From: Candidatus Hydrothermarchaeota archaeon
GTDB lineage: Archaea > CAYFZR01
Assembly: GCA_046760505.1 (NCBI GenBank)
Contig: JBHIEG010000004.1
Location: 23,111 to 87,110, forward strand
DNA length: 64,000 nt
Reading direction: 5' to 3'
Under the pieces are notes generated by a model. That model did no database searches and was not told the DNA's origin. It saw nothing but the letters and a program-made list of their open reading frames with translations. This document shows positions 10,485 to 20,103 of the stretch, in pieces. Position 1 is the first letter of the stretch; each line of letters opens with the position of its first letter. The position numbers and the translations under genes were made by a program.

Positions 10485-10530
10485 GTAGTTCAGTATTACT
10501 AACTAACTGAAAATTATTACTGGTGTGAAA

Positions 10531-11166
10531 ATGCACATACCAGATGGATTTTTGAGTCCAGCAGTTTGGATGACCATGTGGATTATTTCAGCCGGAATAA
10601 TAGGCTATGCAATTTTAAGAACAAACAAAAGGCTTAGAGAGAGACATGTTCCTTTAATGGGTGTTCTAGCAGCCTTTATATTTGCGGGGCAGATGTTAAA
10701 TGTTCCTATTGCGGCTGGAACGTCAGGACACCTGCTCGGTGGAGTTTTGTCCGCCATATTCTTGGGTCCTTTCGCGGGTAGCATAGTGATGTCAACTGTT
10801 TTTATTGTTCAGGCAGTATTTTTCCAAGATGGAGGGATCTTTGCGCTGGGAGCAAATATATTCAATATGGGCTTAATCGGTACCATACTAGGATATTACA
10901 TTTACACAGGAGTAAAAAATCTTATAGGCGGAACTAAGGGCATGTTAGTAGGCGCAGGAATCGCTGGATGGCTGGCAGTAGTACTAGCATCCATTGCTAC
11001 TTCTCTAGAACTTGGTTTCTCGGGAACTGTTCCGCTCAACTATGTTTTACCGGCTATGGTAGGCATACACGCAATCATAGGGATTATTGAAGCAGCAATC
11101 ACGATTACAGTTGTGGCATACGTTTTAAGAGTTAGACCAGACCTATTGGAACTACCTAAAGTTTGA
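10531..11166 (+). CDS. cbiM: ECF-type Co/Ni transporter substrate-binding subunit CbiM/NikM
   Basis: N-terminal MHIPDGFL metal-binding motif (requires start at 10531); GTSGHLLGG; QDGGIFALGAN. Confidence 0.93.
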   Translation: MHIPDGFLSPAVWMTMWIISAGIIGYAILRTNKRLRERHVPLMGVLAAFIFAGQMLNVPIAAGTSGHLLGGVLSAIFLGPFAGSIVMSTVFIVQAVFFQDGGIFALGANIFNMGLIGTILGYYIYTGVKNLIGGTKGMLVGAGIAGWLAVVLASIATSLELGFSGTVPLNYVLPAMVGIHAIIGIIEAAITITVVAYVLRVRPDLLELPKV

Positions 11167-11175
11167 GGTGATAAT

Positions 11176-11472
11176 ATGGGTTTAAAATGGTGGCATCTTG
11201 GATTAATAATCTCCTTGATTATGGCTGGAATAATTTCTATTTACGCTTCTTCAAGTCCAGATGGTCTTGAAAGAGTAGCGGAGGATAAAGGATTCATTTC
11301 AAAAGGAAAGAAAGAGGTCATTCACTCACCAATGCCTGAGTACACAATCCCAGGCATAAGTAACGTTAAATTATCAACATCTTTGGCAGGACTAGTAGGT
11401 ACGCTCTTAGTTTTCTTGCTTATGTACAGTATGGGAAAAGCGTTGAAGGGAGAAAAAAGGAATGGAGCATGA
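11176..11472 (+). CDS. PDGLE-domain ECF accessory subunit (NikN/CbiN-like)
   Basis: ASSSPDGLE motif; two TM helices; lies between cbiM and cbiQ. Confidence 0.85.
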   Translation: MGLKWWHLGLIISLIMAGIISIYASSSPDGLERVAEDKGFISKGKKEVIHSPMPEYTIPGISNVKLSTSLAGLVGTLLVFLLMYSMGKALKGEKRNGA

Positions 11473-12232
11473 CTTTTTAGATAAGTATGCCGATCTCAAC
11501 AGTCCAATACACAAATTGGATCCGAGAGTTAAGGTGGTCTCCTTTCTTATCTTCATCTTCTCAGTAATCTTGACTCCTCCTTTAAAATTCAAAAATTTTT
11601 TATTCTTCTTCATTTTGATTTTAGCGTTTATTTTAATCTCAAAAGTACCGCTGAGATTTATTTTAAAACGCTCACTCATAATAATACCCTTTGTTTTCTT
11701 GGTTGCTATTTTTATTCCCTTTTTAAAACAGGGTGAGATAGCTGGCTCCTATAGTTTTGGGACTTTGCATCTTTCGGTAAGTTATGGAGGTTTAATCGTA
11801 CTGTGGAACGTACTGATAAAATCCTGGCTCTCTGTCTTAAGTATGATTGTTTTGGTATCAACCACAAAATTTCAAAGGATTTTAAAGGCACTCGAGAGTT
11901 TGGGAGTTCCAAAAGTTATGGTCATGGTATTATCCTTTTTTTATCGCTATGTATTCGTACTTTTAGATGAAATGATTAGGATGAAAAGAGCAAAAGATTC
12001 GAGAAGTTTTAATGGTGGTAGAATCTGGCACATTAAAACCATAGGGAATATAATTGGCATTTTGTTTATAAGATCTTACGAAAGAGCAGAGCGAGTATAT
12101 ATTTCCATGGTCTCAAGGGGCTTTACAGGCAAAATGAGAACCATAGATGATTTTAAGATTAATAAGCATGATATTCTGTTTATCCTTCCCTTCCTCATAA
12201 TTCTCATTATAATAAACGTTCTGGTGATATAA
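11462..12232 (+). CDS. cbiQ: ECF transporter T component CbiQ
   Basis: SPIHKLDPRVK, YRYVFVL, RSYERAERVYISMVSRGF. Confidence 0.92.
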   Translation: MEHDFLDKYADLNSPIHKLDPRVKVVSFLIFIFSVILTPPLKFKNFLFFFILILAFILISKVPLRFILKRSLIIIPFVFLVAIFIPFLKQGEIAGSYSFGTLHLSVSYGGLIVLWNVLIKSWLSVLSMIVLVSTTKFQRILKALESLGVPKVMVMVLSFFYRYVFVLLDEMIRMKRAKDSRSFNGGRIWHIKTIGNIIGILFIRSYERAERVYISMVSRGFTGKMRTIDDFKINKHDILFILPFLIILIIINVLVI

Positions 12233-13035
12233 TGCCGAGAAAAATGGTGGAAATTAAAGACCTGAGTTATATATACCCGGATGGAACCGAAGCGCTAAGA
12301 GGAATAAATCTGGAGATCTTTGAAGGGGAGAGCGTAGGTTTGATAGGACCCAATGGAGCAGGCAAATCTACGTTAATCCTACATTTAAACGGTATTTTGA
12401 GGAGTAACAACGGAGAAGTTCGAGTTATGGACATGGATATGGAGAAAGATATCAAAGAAATCAGGAGCAAAATCGGATTGGTTTTTCAGGATCCGGATGA
12501 TCAATTATTTTCTCCCTCAGTATTTGATGACGTGGCATTTGGTCCCATAAACATGGGATTTTCAAAAAAGGAGGTGGAAAAAAGGGTTAATATGGCGTTA
12601 AGTCAAGTTAACATGCTCGGATACGAAGAGAGATCTCCGCACCATTTGAGTTATGGAGAGAAGAAAAGAATAGCCATAGCAACCGTTCTCTCCATGAATC
12701 CCGAGATACTGGTCCTAGATGAGCCGACGAGCAACATCGATCCACGATCAAGAAAAGGATTGATAAAACTGTTGAGAAGTTTTAATATCACGAAGATAAT
12801 TGCCTCTCACGACATGGATTTGGTTGCAGAAGTGTGTGACAAGGCAGTTTTGCTGTACAATGGGAAAATAGTTGCAAATGGACCCGTAGAAGAAATTTTG
12901 ACTGATATAGATCTCTTAGAATCTCATGGACTGGAGCCTCCAACCATGGTCAAGCTTTTTAAGACAATAAATCATAAAAATGTTCCCTTGAGGTTGGAAG
13001 ATGGCATAGAGAGATTAAAGAAAATCATGGGATGA
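12232..13035 (+). CDS. cbiO: ECF transporter ATPase CbiO
   Basis: [31 protein letters not shown]. Confidence 0.92.
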   Translation: MPRKMVEIKDLSYIYPDGTEALRGINLEIFEGESVGLIGPNGAGKSTLILHLNGILRSNNGEVRVMDMDMEKDIKEIRSKIGLVFQDPDDQLFSPSVFDDVAFGPINMGFSKKEVEKRVNMALSQVNMLGYEERSPHHLSYGEKKRIAIATVLSMNPEILVLDEPTSNIDPRSRKGLIKLLRSFNITKIIASHDMDLVAEVCDKAVLLYNGKIVANGPVEEILTDIDLLESHGLEPPTMVKLFKTINHKNVPLRLEDGIERLKKIMG

Positions 13036-13106
13036 GTTTACACAAGGGAGACAATTCTTTACATTAAATTCTTTACATTATCTACCTTTACGTTACCATT
13101 TCTATG

Positions 13107-13466
13107 TTACGAACCCTTCCTTGAATGACTCCATTCCATTAGAGGCATTACTGCCTTTCTTAATTCTTCTCCGTCTTTTGTGAGGGAATACTCTACTCTT
13201 GGAGGTATTTCCGCAAACGTTTCTCTCTTGATGAGTCCTTCTTTTTCTAACTCTTTCAGTCTATCAGATAGGGTTTTTGGACTAATGCCCCCTAATTTTT
13301 CTTTAATTTCGTTATATCTTATTTTTTTGTGGTTACCTATGATTGCTATGATTTGTAGGGTCCACTTTTTACTTATGGTATTTATTATGCCTTCTAGAGG
13401 ACATAGACACGTATCATCAACGTTTTTGTCAGTGTTTTTACACTTGGATTTGATTTCTTCCTGCAT
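13107..13466 (-). CDS. HxlR-family winged-helix transcriptional regulator
   Basis: CLCP near N-terminus, ISKKWTL, GISPKTLSDRLKELE, EIPPRVEYSLT. Confidence 0.9.
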   Translation of the reverse strand: MQEEIKSKCKNTDKNVDDTCLCPLEGIINTISKKWTLQIIAIIGNHKKIRYNEIKEKLGGISPKTLSDRLKELEKEGLIKRETFAEIPPRVEYSLTKDGEELRKAVMPLMEWSHSRKGS

Positions 13467-13482
13467 ACTCGGTCACTTTATC

Positions 13483-13556
13483 CATAGTTACTATGTTACT
13501 TTAAACTCTATAGTTTAAATACTTTATAATTTATATCTACTTCATAATAAGAAGTA
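13483..13556. promoter_or_regulatory. divergent promoter region with three palindromes (candidate HxlR operators)
   Basis: CATAGT-T-ACTATG 13483-13495; TTTAAACT-N4-AGTTTAAA 13500-13519; TACTTC-N7-GAAGTA 13538-13556. Confidence 0.5.
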
Positions 13557-13630
13557 AAGAAATGAGGTGTTGTCTACATATAAACACTCCGCAGAAGGAT
13601 GCAGAAGCAAAAACAGGAGGAGAGGAAAAA

Positions 13631-14131
13631 ATGGAGTTTATTACGGTTATATTACGATGGATTCATGATGTTGCTACCGTTGTATGGATTGGTGGTATGG
13701 CCTTTAACATATCAGTTGTTCGTCCATCGCTGATCGTCGTCGATCCGTCTCAGCGTATAAAACTAGCAGTCACCGTATTAAAGCGTTTTATATACTTTGC
13801 CTGGGGATGTATTTTTTTGCTCGTTTTCTCGGGCGTATTCATGGTAAATAAAGCCATTTCTCTTGGCATGTACTTAAATACTCCTTATGGGAATGTTTTA
13901 GCCATTAAACATTTTGTATTACTAGCAATGGTTGTTCTGGTAGCATGGATAAGTTTTATATCATGTCCAAAGGTCGCAGAGTTGGTGAAGCCTGAACAAC
14001 CACCTGAGCCAACTCCTGAGCTAATGAAGTTGCTAGGAAACATTGTTTCAATAGTAAAGGTTAACTTGGCACTCGGCTTCCTTGTACTTCTTTTAACAGA
14101 GATAATGGTACAATTAGGAGGATTTGTCTGA
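13631..14131 (+). CDS. CopD/DUF4149-like four-TM membrane protein
   Basis: WIHDVATVVWIGGMAF and YGNVLAIKH motifs; GGAGGAGAGG upstream of ATG 13631. Confidence 0.75.
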   Translation: MEFITVILRWIHDVATVVWIGGMAFNISVVRPSLIVVDPSQRIKLAVTVLKRFIYFAWGCIFLLVFSGVFMVNKAISLGMYLNTPYGNVLAIKHFVLLAMVVLVAWISFISCPKVAELVKPEQPPEPTPELMKLLGNIVSIVKVNLALGFLVLLLTEIMVQLGGFV

Positions 14132-14177
14132 GTGTTTGTTTGAGCATGTCTAGCAGCAAAGAAGGAGGTGAGGAAAC

Positions 14178-14243
14178 ATGTGCATAGAATGTTTGCAACG
14201 TAAAAAAGAAAAAAAGGATAAGAATACTCCAAAAGACAAATGA
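14178..14243 (+). CDS. putative 21-aa CxxC micropeptide
   Basis: MCIECLQRKKEKKDKNTPKDK preceded by GGAGGTGA at 14164-14171. Confidence 0.4.
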   Translation: MCIECLQRKKEKKDKNTPKDK

Positions 14244-14245
14244 AG

Positions 14246-14385
14246 TAGAAGGGGGTTTTAACATAGCTTATACTGAAATTATTTTATACTACCTTATCAC
14301 CCCCTCTCTACACCCTAGAAGGGGGTTTTAACGTAACTTATACCGCAATTACCCTATTCTAACTTATCTCCCCCTTTCTAAACCC
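14246..14385. repeat. imperfect 70-bp tandem repeat (2 copies), each unit with inverted termini
   Basis: TAGAAGGGGGTTTTAAC starts at 14246 and 14316; units end CCCCCTCTCTACACCC and CCCCCTTTCTAAACCC. Confidence 0.8.
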
Positions 14386-14538
14386 CCATATAAAATAGAA
14401 TGCGTGAAAAAGCGGGTAAAAAAGTGGATAAAAAGTTTAGAACAGAAAACGACTCTTGTCTTAATTCTCGTCTCAGTAATAATATAATTTTTTATAAAAT
14501 TGCGGATGGAGCAAGCCATGCTCCATAGGCATACTCCG

Positions 14539-14877
14539 TTACAGTTTACCCATTAAAATGAACGCTACTGCCAACCCATATAATGCTACTCCTTCCGCTA
14601 GACCAACCATAACGAGACTCCAAGCAACCATCTCTCTCTTCTCTGCTATAGCGCCTAGTGCTGCTGATCCTGCTGTACCAACGCCTATTCCTGCTCCGGT
14701 GCAGGCAAGACCGGCAGATAGGCCAATTCCTATTGCTATCCCGAGGGATTTTAAACCGTCCCCAACTGCGAGCTCTTCTATTTTTTCTTCTCCTTGTGCA
14801 AGTACAGGTATTGTGCAAATCAAAAATAGTATCAAAAAGGCATTTAAAATTACAATTCCTTTTAACATCCTTTTCAT
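14539..14877 (-). CDS. atpK: A/V-type ATPase proteolipid subunit K/c, single hairpin, H+-type, with N-terminal leader
   Basis: GAGIGVGTAGSAALGAIAEK..GLAEGVALYGL with one Glu; lacks the Q and T/Q Na+ ligands; follows a subunit I gene. Confidence 0.9.
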   Translation of the reverse strand: MKRMLKGIVILNAFLILFLICTIPVLAQGEEKIEELAVGDGLKSLGIAIGIGLSAGLACTGAGIGVGTAGSAALGAIAEKREMVAWSLVMVGLAEGVALYGLAVAFILMGKL

Positions 14878-14924
14878 CCAATCCCTCCTTTTTATTGCTT
14901 TTTCTTATTGGCAATCATTGCGTT

Positions 14925-16922
14925 TCATAAAGGTGCTAAGAATGTATATTTACGTATTGCCTTAAAGGCTTCGAATTTAGTTCCCCCCGCATCGTAAAAC
15001 TTGGAAAACCACTCGTAGTAATGAAGCCTTAGTGTCTGTATAAAGGACACAAAGCCCTCTATTCCGATTATGAAGATGTTTCCGATTAAGAATATTATGG
15101 ATTTCAAAAACAGCGGGGCTACCATTTCCATGAACATTACCATTATGCTACACAAAGCCGCGTGAACTAATGCAATTGCTGTAATTCTTACATACGATAT
15201 ACAGTTCGCCAAATATCTCGTTATAGCCTCGAAAGAACCATAAAAGCCCCACAAAAAAGAGGTATGCTCAGCGTACTTGGTGCCGATGCATATCACCAGC
15301 AAAGGCAAATACAGGAAGGGTATTGCTAGTGTATCTCTTAACAATAGAAATACATCTGTTCCGTGTTTTATAATCAATAATGTGCCGCCCCAAAGGAGCC
15401 AGAGACCGGAGAGGCTCCATGGAGGGAATAATGCTTCCAGATAATCTTTGTGCATGATGTGGTTTAGCATATTCAGTATTATACCCAGACTTAACTGTAC
15501 CAAGCCAATAACGATTGCAAATACAACCAGATTAGTACCGCTTTCTAAAGGTCTAAGCCAGAGAGGCTCTAATATTTCCAATCCGAATACGCTTCCGTAC
15601 AATAAACCTCCAAGCGTACCCATTATTCCACAAGCAAGCATAATCTTCCCAAATTTTTCTATAACTTCGCCGAATTTAAAATAAAAACCCAGCAAGAAAC
15701 CTAAAATTGCTATTACGAGCCCCTGTCCGACATCTCCAAACATTAGCCCATACATGAAGGGGAAACTTATTCCCATAAAGAAGGTTGGATCGATTTTGTC
15801 GTAGCCAGGGAGCCCGTATGTTTCTGTCAGGATTTCAACAGGCTTTATAGGGGGTGGATTTGATAGCATTGTAGGGGGGTTATCTCCTTTTTTTGGTTCA
15901 TCTATTCTAATGATGCCATATCCATTCGTAGTATTGTTAAAGATCTCTTTTAACTTTTCAATTAGATAATAAGGAACCCAACCGCTTATCAAGTAGCTTT
16001 TAGTAGTCTTACCGAATAGAGAGGTGATTTCATCAAGATTTTTTTCTATTTCCAACTGTTCTTTCATTAAGAGTAGTTCTTTTTCATTAACGTTTGCAAT
16101 TCTTTTTAATTCTTCTTTAAGTTTATCCTCTTCTACGGTAATATGAGATATGCTTTCTTCCAAAAAGTTCTCAGCGTCTTCCAATTCAAGATCACAAATT
16201 TTTCTTGGTATGCTAAGACTCTCAAAGCCTCTAGCGCGTAAAATTTTTCGTATTTCACTTTCATATTCATATAAACTAACAATTATGATGAATTTGGTTT
16301 TTTTATCGACATCCCCCGAGAACAAATAGAGAAAATCTTCTGTTGCTTCCTTAAGTTCTGGTTCAAGGAAATTTAATTGATCTTTAGGTACGGTTCCAGT
16401 TTCTAAGTAAAATAGTTTGAAACCCTCCAGATACTTTGGACCGATACCAAAATTTTCCAAAATGGATAAAACTTCTTGGCAAGTAAGAATATCGCTTCTC
16501 TCTTCTCTCAAAGCATCAAGTTTCGATGAAGTCTTTAAAACTTCCTTTTCTATGTTCTCAAACTTTTTTTCGAATCCTTCAAATAGTTCTAGAATAGACG
16601 TTTCTTTGATCGGTATTTTTTCGATTTCTTTTACTTCTAAGATTTTTTTTATTTTGTTGCTAAATGTTTTTTCTTCTTCAACTGACTGCAGAATATCCAA
16701 AATCCTATTTATCCTAGATAAGAGCCCTGATGTTTTATATCTTACCCAAGTAGATGGTGGAACTTCTATTCCTATCTCCTTAAGCATTTCTTGGGATTCT
16801 ATTTCCTCATGAACATTAATGAGATGAATTATTCCCAATTCTTTTAGTTCTCTCATTAGGGGATCTAACTTATCTTCAAGTACAATAGCGTGAACCTTTT
16901 TCATACGTATCGGTCTTAACAT
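14925..16922 (-). CDS. atpI: A/V-type ATPase subunit I (a), paralog 1
   Basis: MLRPIRMKK, PPTMLSNP, GLMFGDVGQG, SYVR essential Arg, QTLRLHYYEWFSKFY. Confidence 0.92.
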   Translation of the reverse strand: MLRPIRMKKVHAIVLEDKLDPLMRELKELGIIHLINVHEEIESQEMLKEIGIEVPPSTWVRYKTSGLLSRINRILDILQSVEEEKTFSNKIKKILEVKEIEKIPIKETSILELFEGFEKKFENIEKEVLKTSSKLDALREERSDILTCQEVLSILENFGIGPKYLEGFKLFYLETGTVPKDQLNFLEPELKEATEDFLYLFSGDVDKKTKFIIIVSLYEYESEIRKILRARGFESLSIPRKICDLELEDAENFLEESISHITVEEDKLKEELKRIANVNEKELLLMKEQLEIEKNLDEITSLFGKTTKSYLISGWVPYYLIEKLKEIFNNTTNGYGIIRIDEPKKGDNPPTMLSNPPPIKPVEILTETYGLPGYDKIDPTFFMGISFPFMYGLMFGDVGQGLVIAILGFLLGFYFKFGEVIEKFGKIMLACGIMGTLGGLLYGSVFGLEILEPLWLRPLESGTNLVVFAIVIGLVQLSLGIILNMLNHIMHKDYLEALFPPWSLSGLWLLWGGTLLIIKHGTDVFLLLRDTLAIPFLYLPLLVICIGTKYAEHTSFLWGFYGSFEAITRYLANCISYVRITAIALVHAALCSIMVMFMEMVAPLFLKSIIFLIGNIFIIGIEGFVSFIQTLRLHYYEWFSKFYDAGGTKFEAFKAIRKYTFLAPL

Positions 16923-17035
16923 ATTTTGTACTCCTAATTACTACAAATAGAGGTTATAAATGGATTATTAGACATTATATAATTTTTTTGGTTTTAATAG
17001 GAAACTCTAAATAGGAAGAGAAGAACTTTCTATCC

Positions 17036-17614
17036 ATGATGGAGGAAGCTTTAGGCGAAGATATAGGAGAGATAGAAGAAGAGATCGAAGTTAAAGAGGT
17101 TGATGAGGTCAAACTCGAGCTGAGAGATATATCCTCTAGCCCCGAAAAAATTACCGTTGGAGCAAAAGACGTACGGTTAAATGTTAGGATATTGAATTCC
17201 GGAACAAAAACCGCTGAACTGCTAGAGATAACGATAAAATCTGACGTGATGAAACCATCCATTACAGATTCCCACCGAGCATTCATAGACGAAATAAAAC
17301 CAAAGGGCTCTGAAACAGCGAAGTTTCGCGTTGATATAACCACGAGAGAGGACGGAGTGGTTCCTGTTGACTTTGAAATAAAGTACGTTGAAGATGAAAC
17401 TGAGAAAAAGATAATTAGAACGAGAGAAATACCAATAATGCCAAAGAAAAAGAAATCAAAGGTTCTAACATTGATTACCGCCCTGATAATTATCGCTGTT
17501 CTATTATCCATTTCTTTGGGGGCTAACTATTACTTTGATTTTTATCCGCCCGTAAATCAGCAGCTATCTCAAATCATCCAGAAGATACCCCTTGAAAAGA
17601 TACCTATAAGATGA
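17036..17614 (+). CDS. hypothetical protein, Ig/CARDB-like domain plus C-terminal TM helix
   Basis: Beta-strand pattern VRILNSG..IDEIKPKGSETAKFRV; KKKK followed by a hydrophobic helix. Confidence 0.65.
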   Translation: MMEEALGEDIGEIEEEIEVKEVDEVKLELRDISSSPEKITVGAKDVRLNVRILNSGTKTAELLEITIKSDVMKPSITDSHRAFIDEIKPKGSETAKFRVDITTREDGVVPVDFEIKYVEDETEKKIIRTREIPIMPKKKKSKVLTLITALIIIAVLLSISLGANYYFDFYPPVNQQLSQIIQKIPLEKIPIR

Positions 17615-17686
17615 GATAACGGTGTAAAGCAGAATAAGGTCTGATATCATTAGTTATTTAACGGGAAAGTTAGTGTAAAGGCGAAT

Positions 17687-19264
17687 ATGATGAAGGTACT
17701 CGTACCAGATACAAGCGTCATAATTGATGGAAGATTCAACATTTTTCTAAAACAAATAAAGGATAAATGCAAGATCGTTATTCCTGAGGCAGTCATATCA
17801 GAGCTTGAAAATCAAGCCAATAAGGGTAGAGAGATAGGTTTTAAGGGGTTAGATGAGGTAATAGCCTTAAAAAAGTTAGCAGAAGAGATGGGATTGGAAT
17901 TAGTATTTCATGGTGCCAGACCCACGCCAGAACAAATAAAATACTCTCGCACCGGAGAGATCGATGAAATAATTAGATACGTCGCATTAGATGTTGGAGG
18001 AACCTTGGTTACAGGGGACAATGTCCAAGCAAAAGTTGCACAGATAAAAGGAATTGATGTTGAATTGCTCCCTCCTCTGGAAGAGAAAAGGGAAAACATC
18101 CTTGAAAGAATGTTTGAAGAGAATATAATGTCCATTCATCTAAAAGAGAACGTTATACCTGTGGCAAAGAAAGGCAGGCCAGGAAATATAAGAATCATAA
18201 AACTTCGTGAAACACCATGCACGCTGGAACAGCTTGAATATCTCGCTAAAGACATCCTGAGAGAAGCTAAGGCAAGAAGAGACGGTTTTATTGAAATAGA
18301 AAGAAGAGGAGCCACTGTAATCCAACTTGGACCATACAGAATATCGATTTGCAGGCCGCCATTCAGCGATGGGTTCGAGATAACAGCGGTAAGACCCATA
18401 GCAAAGGTAAGTTTGGAGGACTATTCTTTGTCGGACAAACTGATGAACAGACTAGAAAAGAGAGCTGAGGGAATACTCATTGCAGGACCTCCTGGTGCTG
18501 GAAAATCTACCTTTGCTCAAGCACTGGCGGAATTTTACAGTAAAAGAGAGAAGATAGTTAAGACGATGGAAAGCCCCAGAGATCTTCAGGTCACGGAGGA
18601 AATAACTCAATACTCTCCTCTGGAAGGGAGCATGGAGAAAACTGCGGATATATTGTTGTTGGTAAGACCAGATTACACGATATACGATGAACTTAGAAAA
18701 ACAAGCGATTTCCAAGTATTCGCTGACATGAGACTTGCTGGCGTAGGCATGATTGGGGTTGTGCATTCCACAGAGGCTATAGATGCAATTCAGAGGTTAA
18801 TTGGAAGAGTGGAGATGGGAATGATACCCCAAGTGGTAGACACAATTATATTCATAAAAGATGGGTGGATCAAGAAGGTTTACGAAATCAATTTCACCGT
18901 GAGAGTACCCACCGGCATGGTAGAAGCAGACTTGGCAAGACCGCTGGTAGAGGTCAGAGACTTCGACTCTGGAAAGGTGGAATACGAGATCTATACTTAC
19001 GGAGAAGAAGTCATAGTTATGCCCCTCACCGGAGAGATTGATACTGAATCTAAAAGAGACAGGGCAATAGAGAAGATCACGAGAGAGTTGGAAAGATATG
19101 TGGAAGATATAAGAAAAATAGACATGATATCCGATAGAGAAGCAATAGTCTACATCGATAAAAGAAGTATACCAAGGCTCCTTGGAAGGAAGGGAAAAAG
19201 AATTTTAAGAATAGAAAAAAGATTAGGAATAAGGATAGATATAAGACCAATAGAGGATTATTAG
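17687..19264 (+). CDS. PINc/VapC-family ATPase (PIN-ATPase-KH, PINA-like)
   Basis: VPDTSVIIDG PIN domain; GPPGAGKST; RPDYTIYDELRK; C-terminal KH (LLGRKGKRI). Confidence 0.9.
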   Translation: MMKVLVPDTSVIIDGRFNIFLKQIKDKCKIVIPEAVISELENQANKGREIGFKGLDEVIALKKLAEEMGLELVFHGARPTPEQIKYSRTGEIDEIIRYVALDVGGTLVTGDNVQAKVAQIKGIDVELLPPLEEKRENILERMFEENIMSIHLKENVIPVAKKGRPGNIRIIKLRETPCTLEQLEYLAKDILREAKARRDGFIEIERRGATVIQLGPYRISICRPPFSDGFEITAVRPIAKVSLEDYSLSDKLMNRLEKRAEGILIAGPPGAGKSTFAQALAEFYSKREKIVKTMESPRDLQVTEEITQYSPLEGSMEKTADILLLVRPDYTIYDELRKTSDFQVFADMRLAGVGMIGVVHSTEAIDAIQRLIGRVEMGMIPQVVDTIIFIKDGWIKKVYEINFTVRVPTGMVEADLARPLVEVRDFDSGKVEYEIYTYGEEVIVMPLTGEIDTESKRDRAIEKITRELERYVEDIRKIDMISDREAIVYIDKRSIPRLLGRKGKRILRIEKRLGIRIDIRPIEDY

Positions 19265-19353
19265 AATCTAGTTACGCATTTAACAATATTGCAAATTGGA
19301 TGAGGGAAAATATAAAAATGTAAGATTTGAGACCAAAGTAGGAGGTTAACACA

Positions 19354-19980
19354 TTGGAAAATTACTTAAAAGGCACAACCTGTGTAGGTTTGGTATGTAA
19401 GGACGGCATTGTTCTGGCAGCGGAGAAAAGGGCTTCCATGGGCTCTTTAGTTGTTCATAAGGAGGCTGTGAAGATATATAAGATTGATAATTATGTTGGG
19501 GCTACCATAGCGGGTTTAGTTGCCGATGCTCAAAGATTGATCAGATTATTGAAGGCAGAAACTCAATTATACAAGGTTACAAGGGGAGAATCAATGAAAG
19601 TAGAAGCTATGGCAACTTTACTAGCAAATATAATGTTTTCACAGAGATGGTTTCCATACATAAGCCAACTGCTTGTTGGGGGAATAGACAATGAAGGAAA
19701 ACATCTCTTTGCCATAAGCTTTACCGGAGACATTATAGAAGATAACATGATTGCTACAGGATCAGGATCTCCGATTGCATACGGAATACTTGAAGGTTTG
19801 TATAAAGAAGATCTTACAGTTGAAGAGGGCAAGAAATTGGCTGTTAAGGCGGTTAAGGCAGCGACTGAAAGGGACGTCTTTTCGGGAGAAGGAATTGATG
19901 TAGTGGTAATCAATGAGGGAGGTTATAACAAGTTAAGCAAAGAGGAAATCAAAAAAATAGTCGAAGGGCCCGTGGCCTAG
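19354..19980 (+). CDS. psmB: proteasome subunit beta
   Basis: Propeptide KG|TT nucleophile; ATGSGSPIAYGILE; RDVFSG; TTG start after GGAGG. Confidence 0.95.
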   Translation: MENYLKGTTCVGLVCKDGIVLAAEKRASMGSLVVHKEAVKIYKIDNYVGATIAGLVADAQRLIRLLKAETQLYKVTRGESMKVEAMATLLANIMFSQRWFPYISQLLVGGIDNEGKHLFAISFTGDIIEDNMIATGSGSPIAYGILEGLYKEDLTVEEGKKLAVKAVKAATERDVFSGEGIDVVVINEGGYNKLSKEEIKKIVEGPVA

Positions 19981-20039
19981 CTGGATAGGGCGACGGCCTC
20001 CTAAGCCGTAGATCCCGGGTTCAAATCCCGGCGGGCCCG
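19966..20039 (+). tRNA. tRNA-Arg(CCT)
   Basis: GGGCCCG/CGGGCCC acceptor stem; anticodon arm ACGGC-CTCCTAA-GCCGT; GTTCAAATC T-loop. Confidence 0.95.
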
Positions 20040-20103
20040 CTATATTTAATCTTTCTGTATTTTTGAAAATCAAATCAAGTCTGAAGTTTTAGGTGGTGAT
20101 TCT

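Noticed and set aside
14246-14385. Tandem repeat as a CRISPR array or replication-origin ORB boxes
   Set aside because: Only two units, no unique spacers and no cas genes; no TCCA..GAAAC ORB core or cdc6 nearby.
14546-14965. Three alternative-frame or antisense ORFs over the single-hairpin K gene
   Set aside because: Shadows of the Gly/Ala-rich proteolipid gene.
17611-17645. Possible C/D box sRNA (ATGAGA...CTGA)
   Set aside because: Box C is imperfect, the spacing is too short and there is no clear D'/C' pair.
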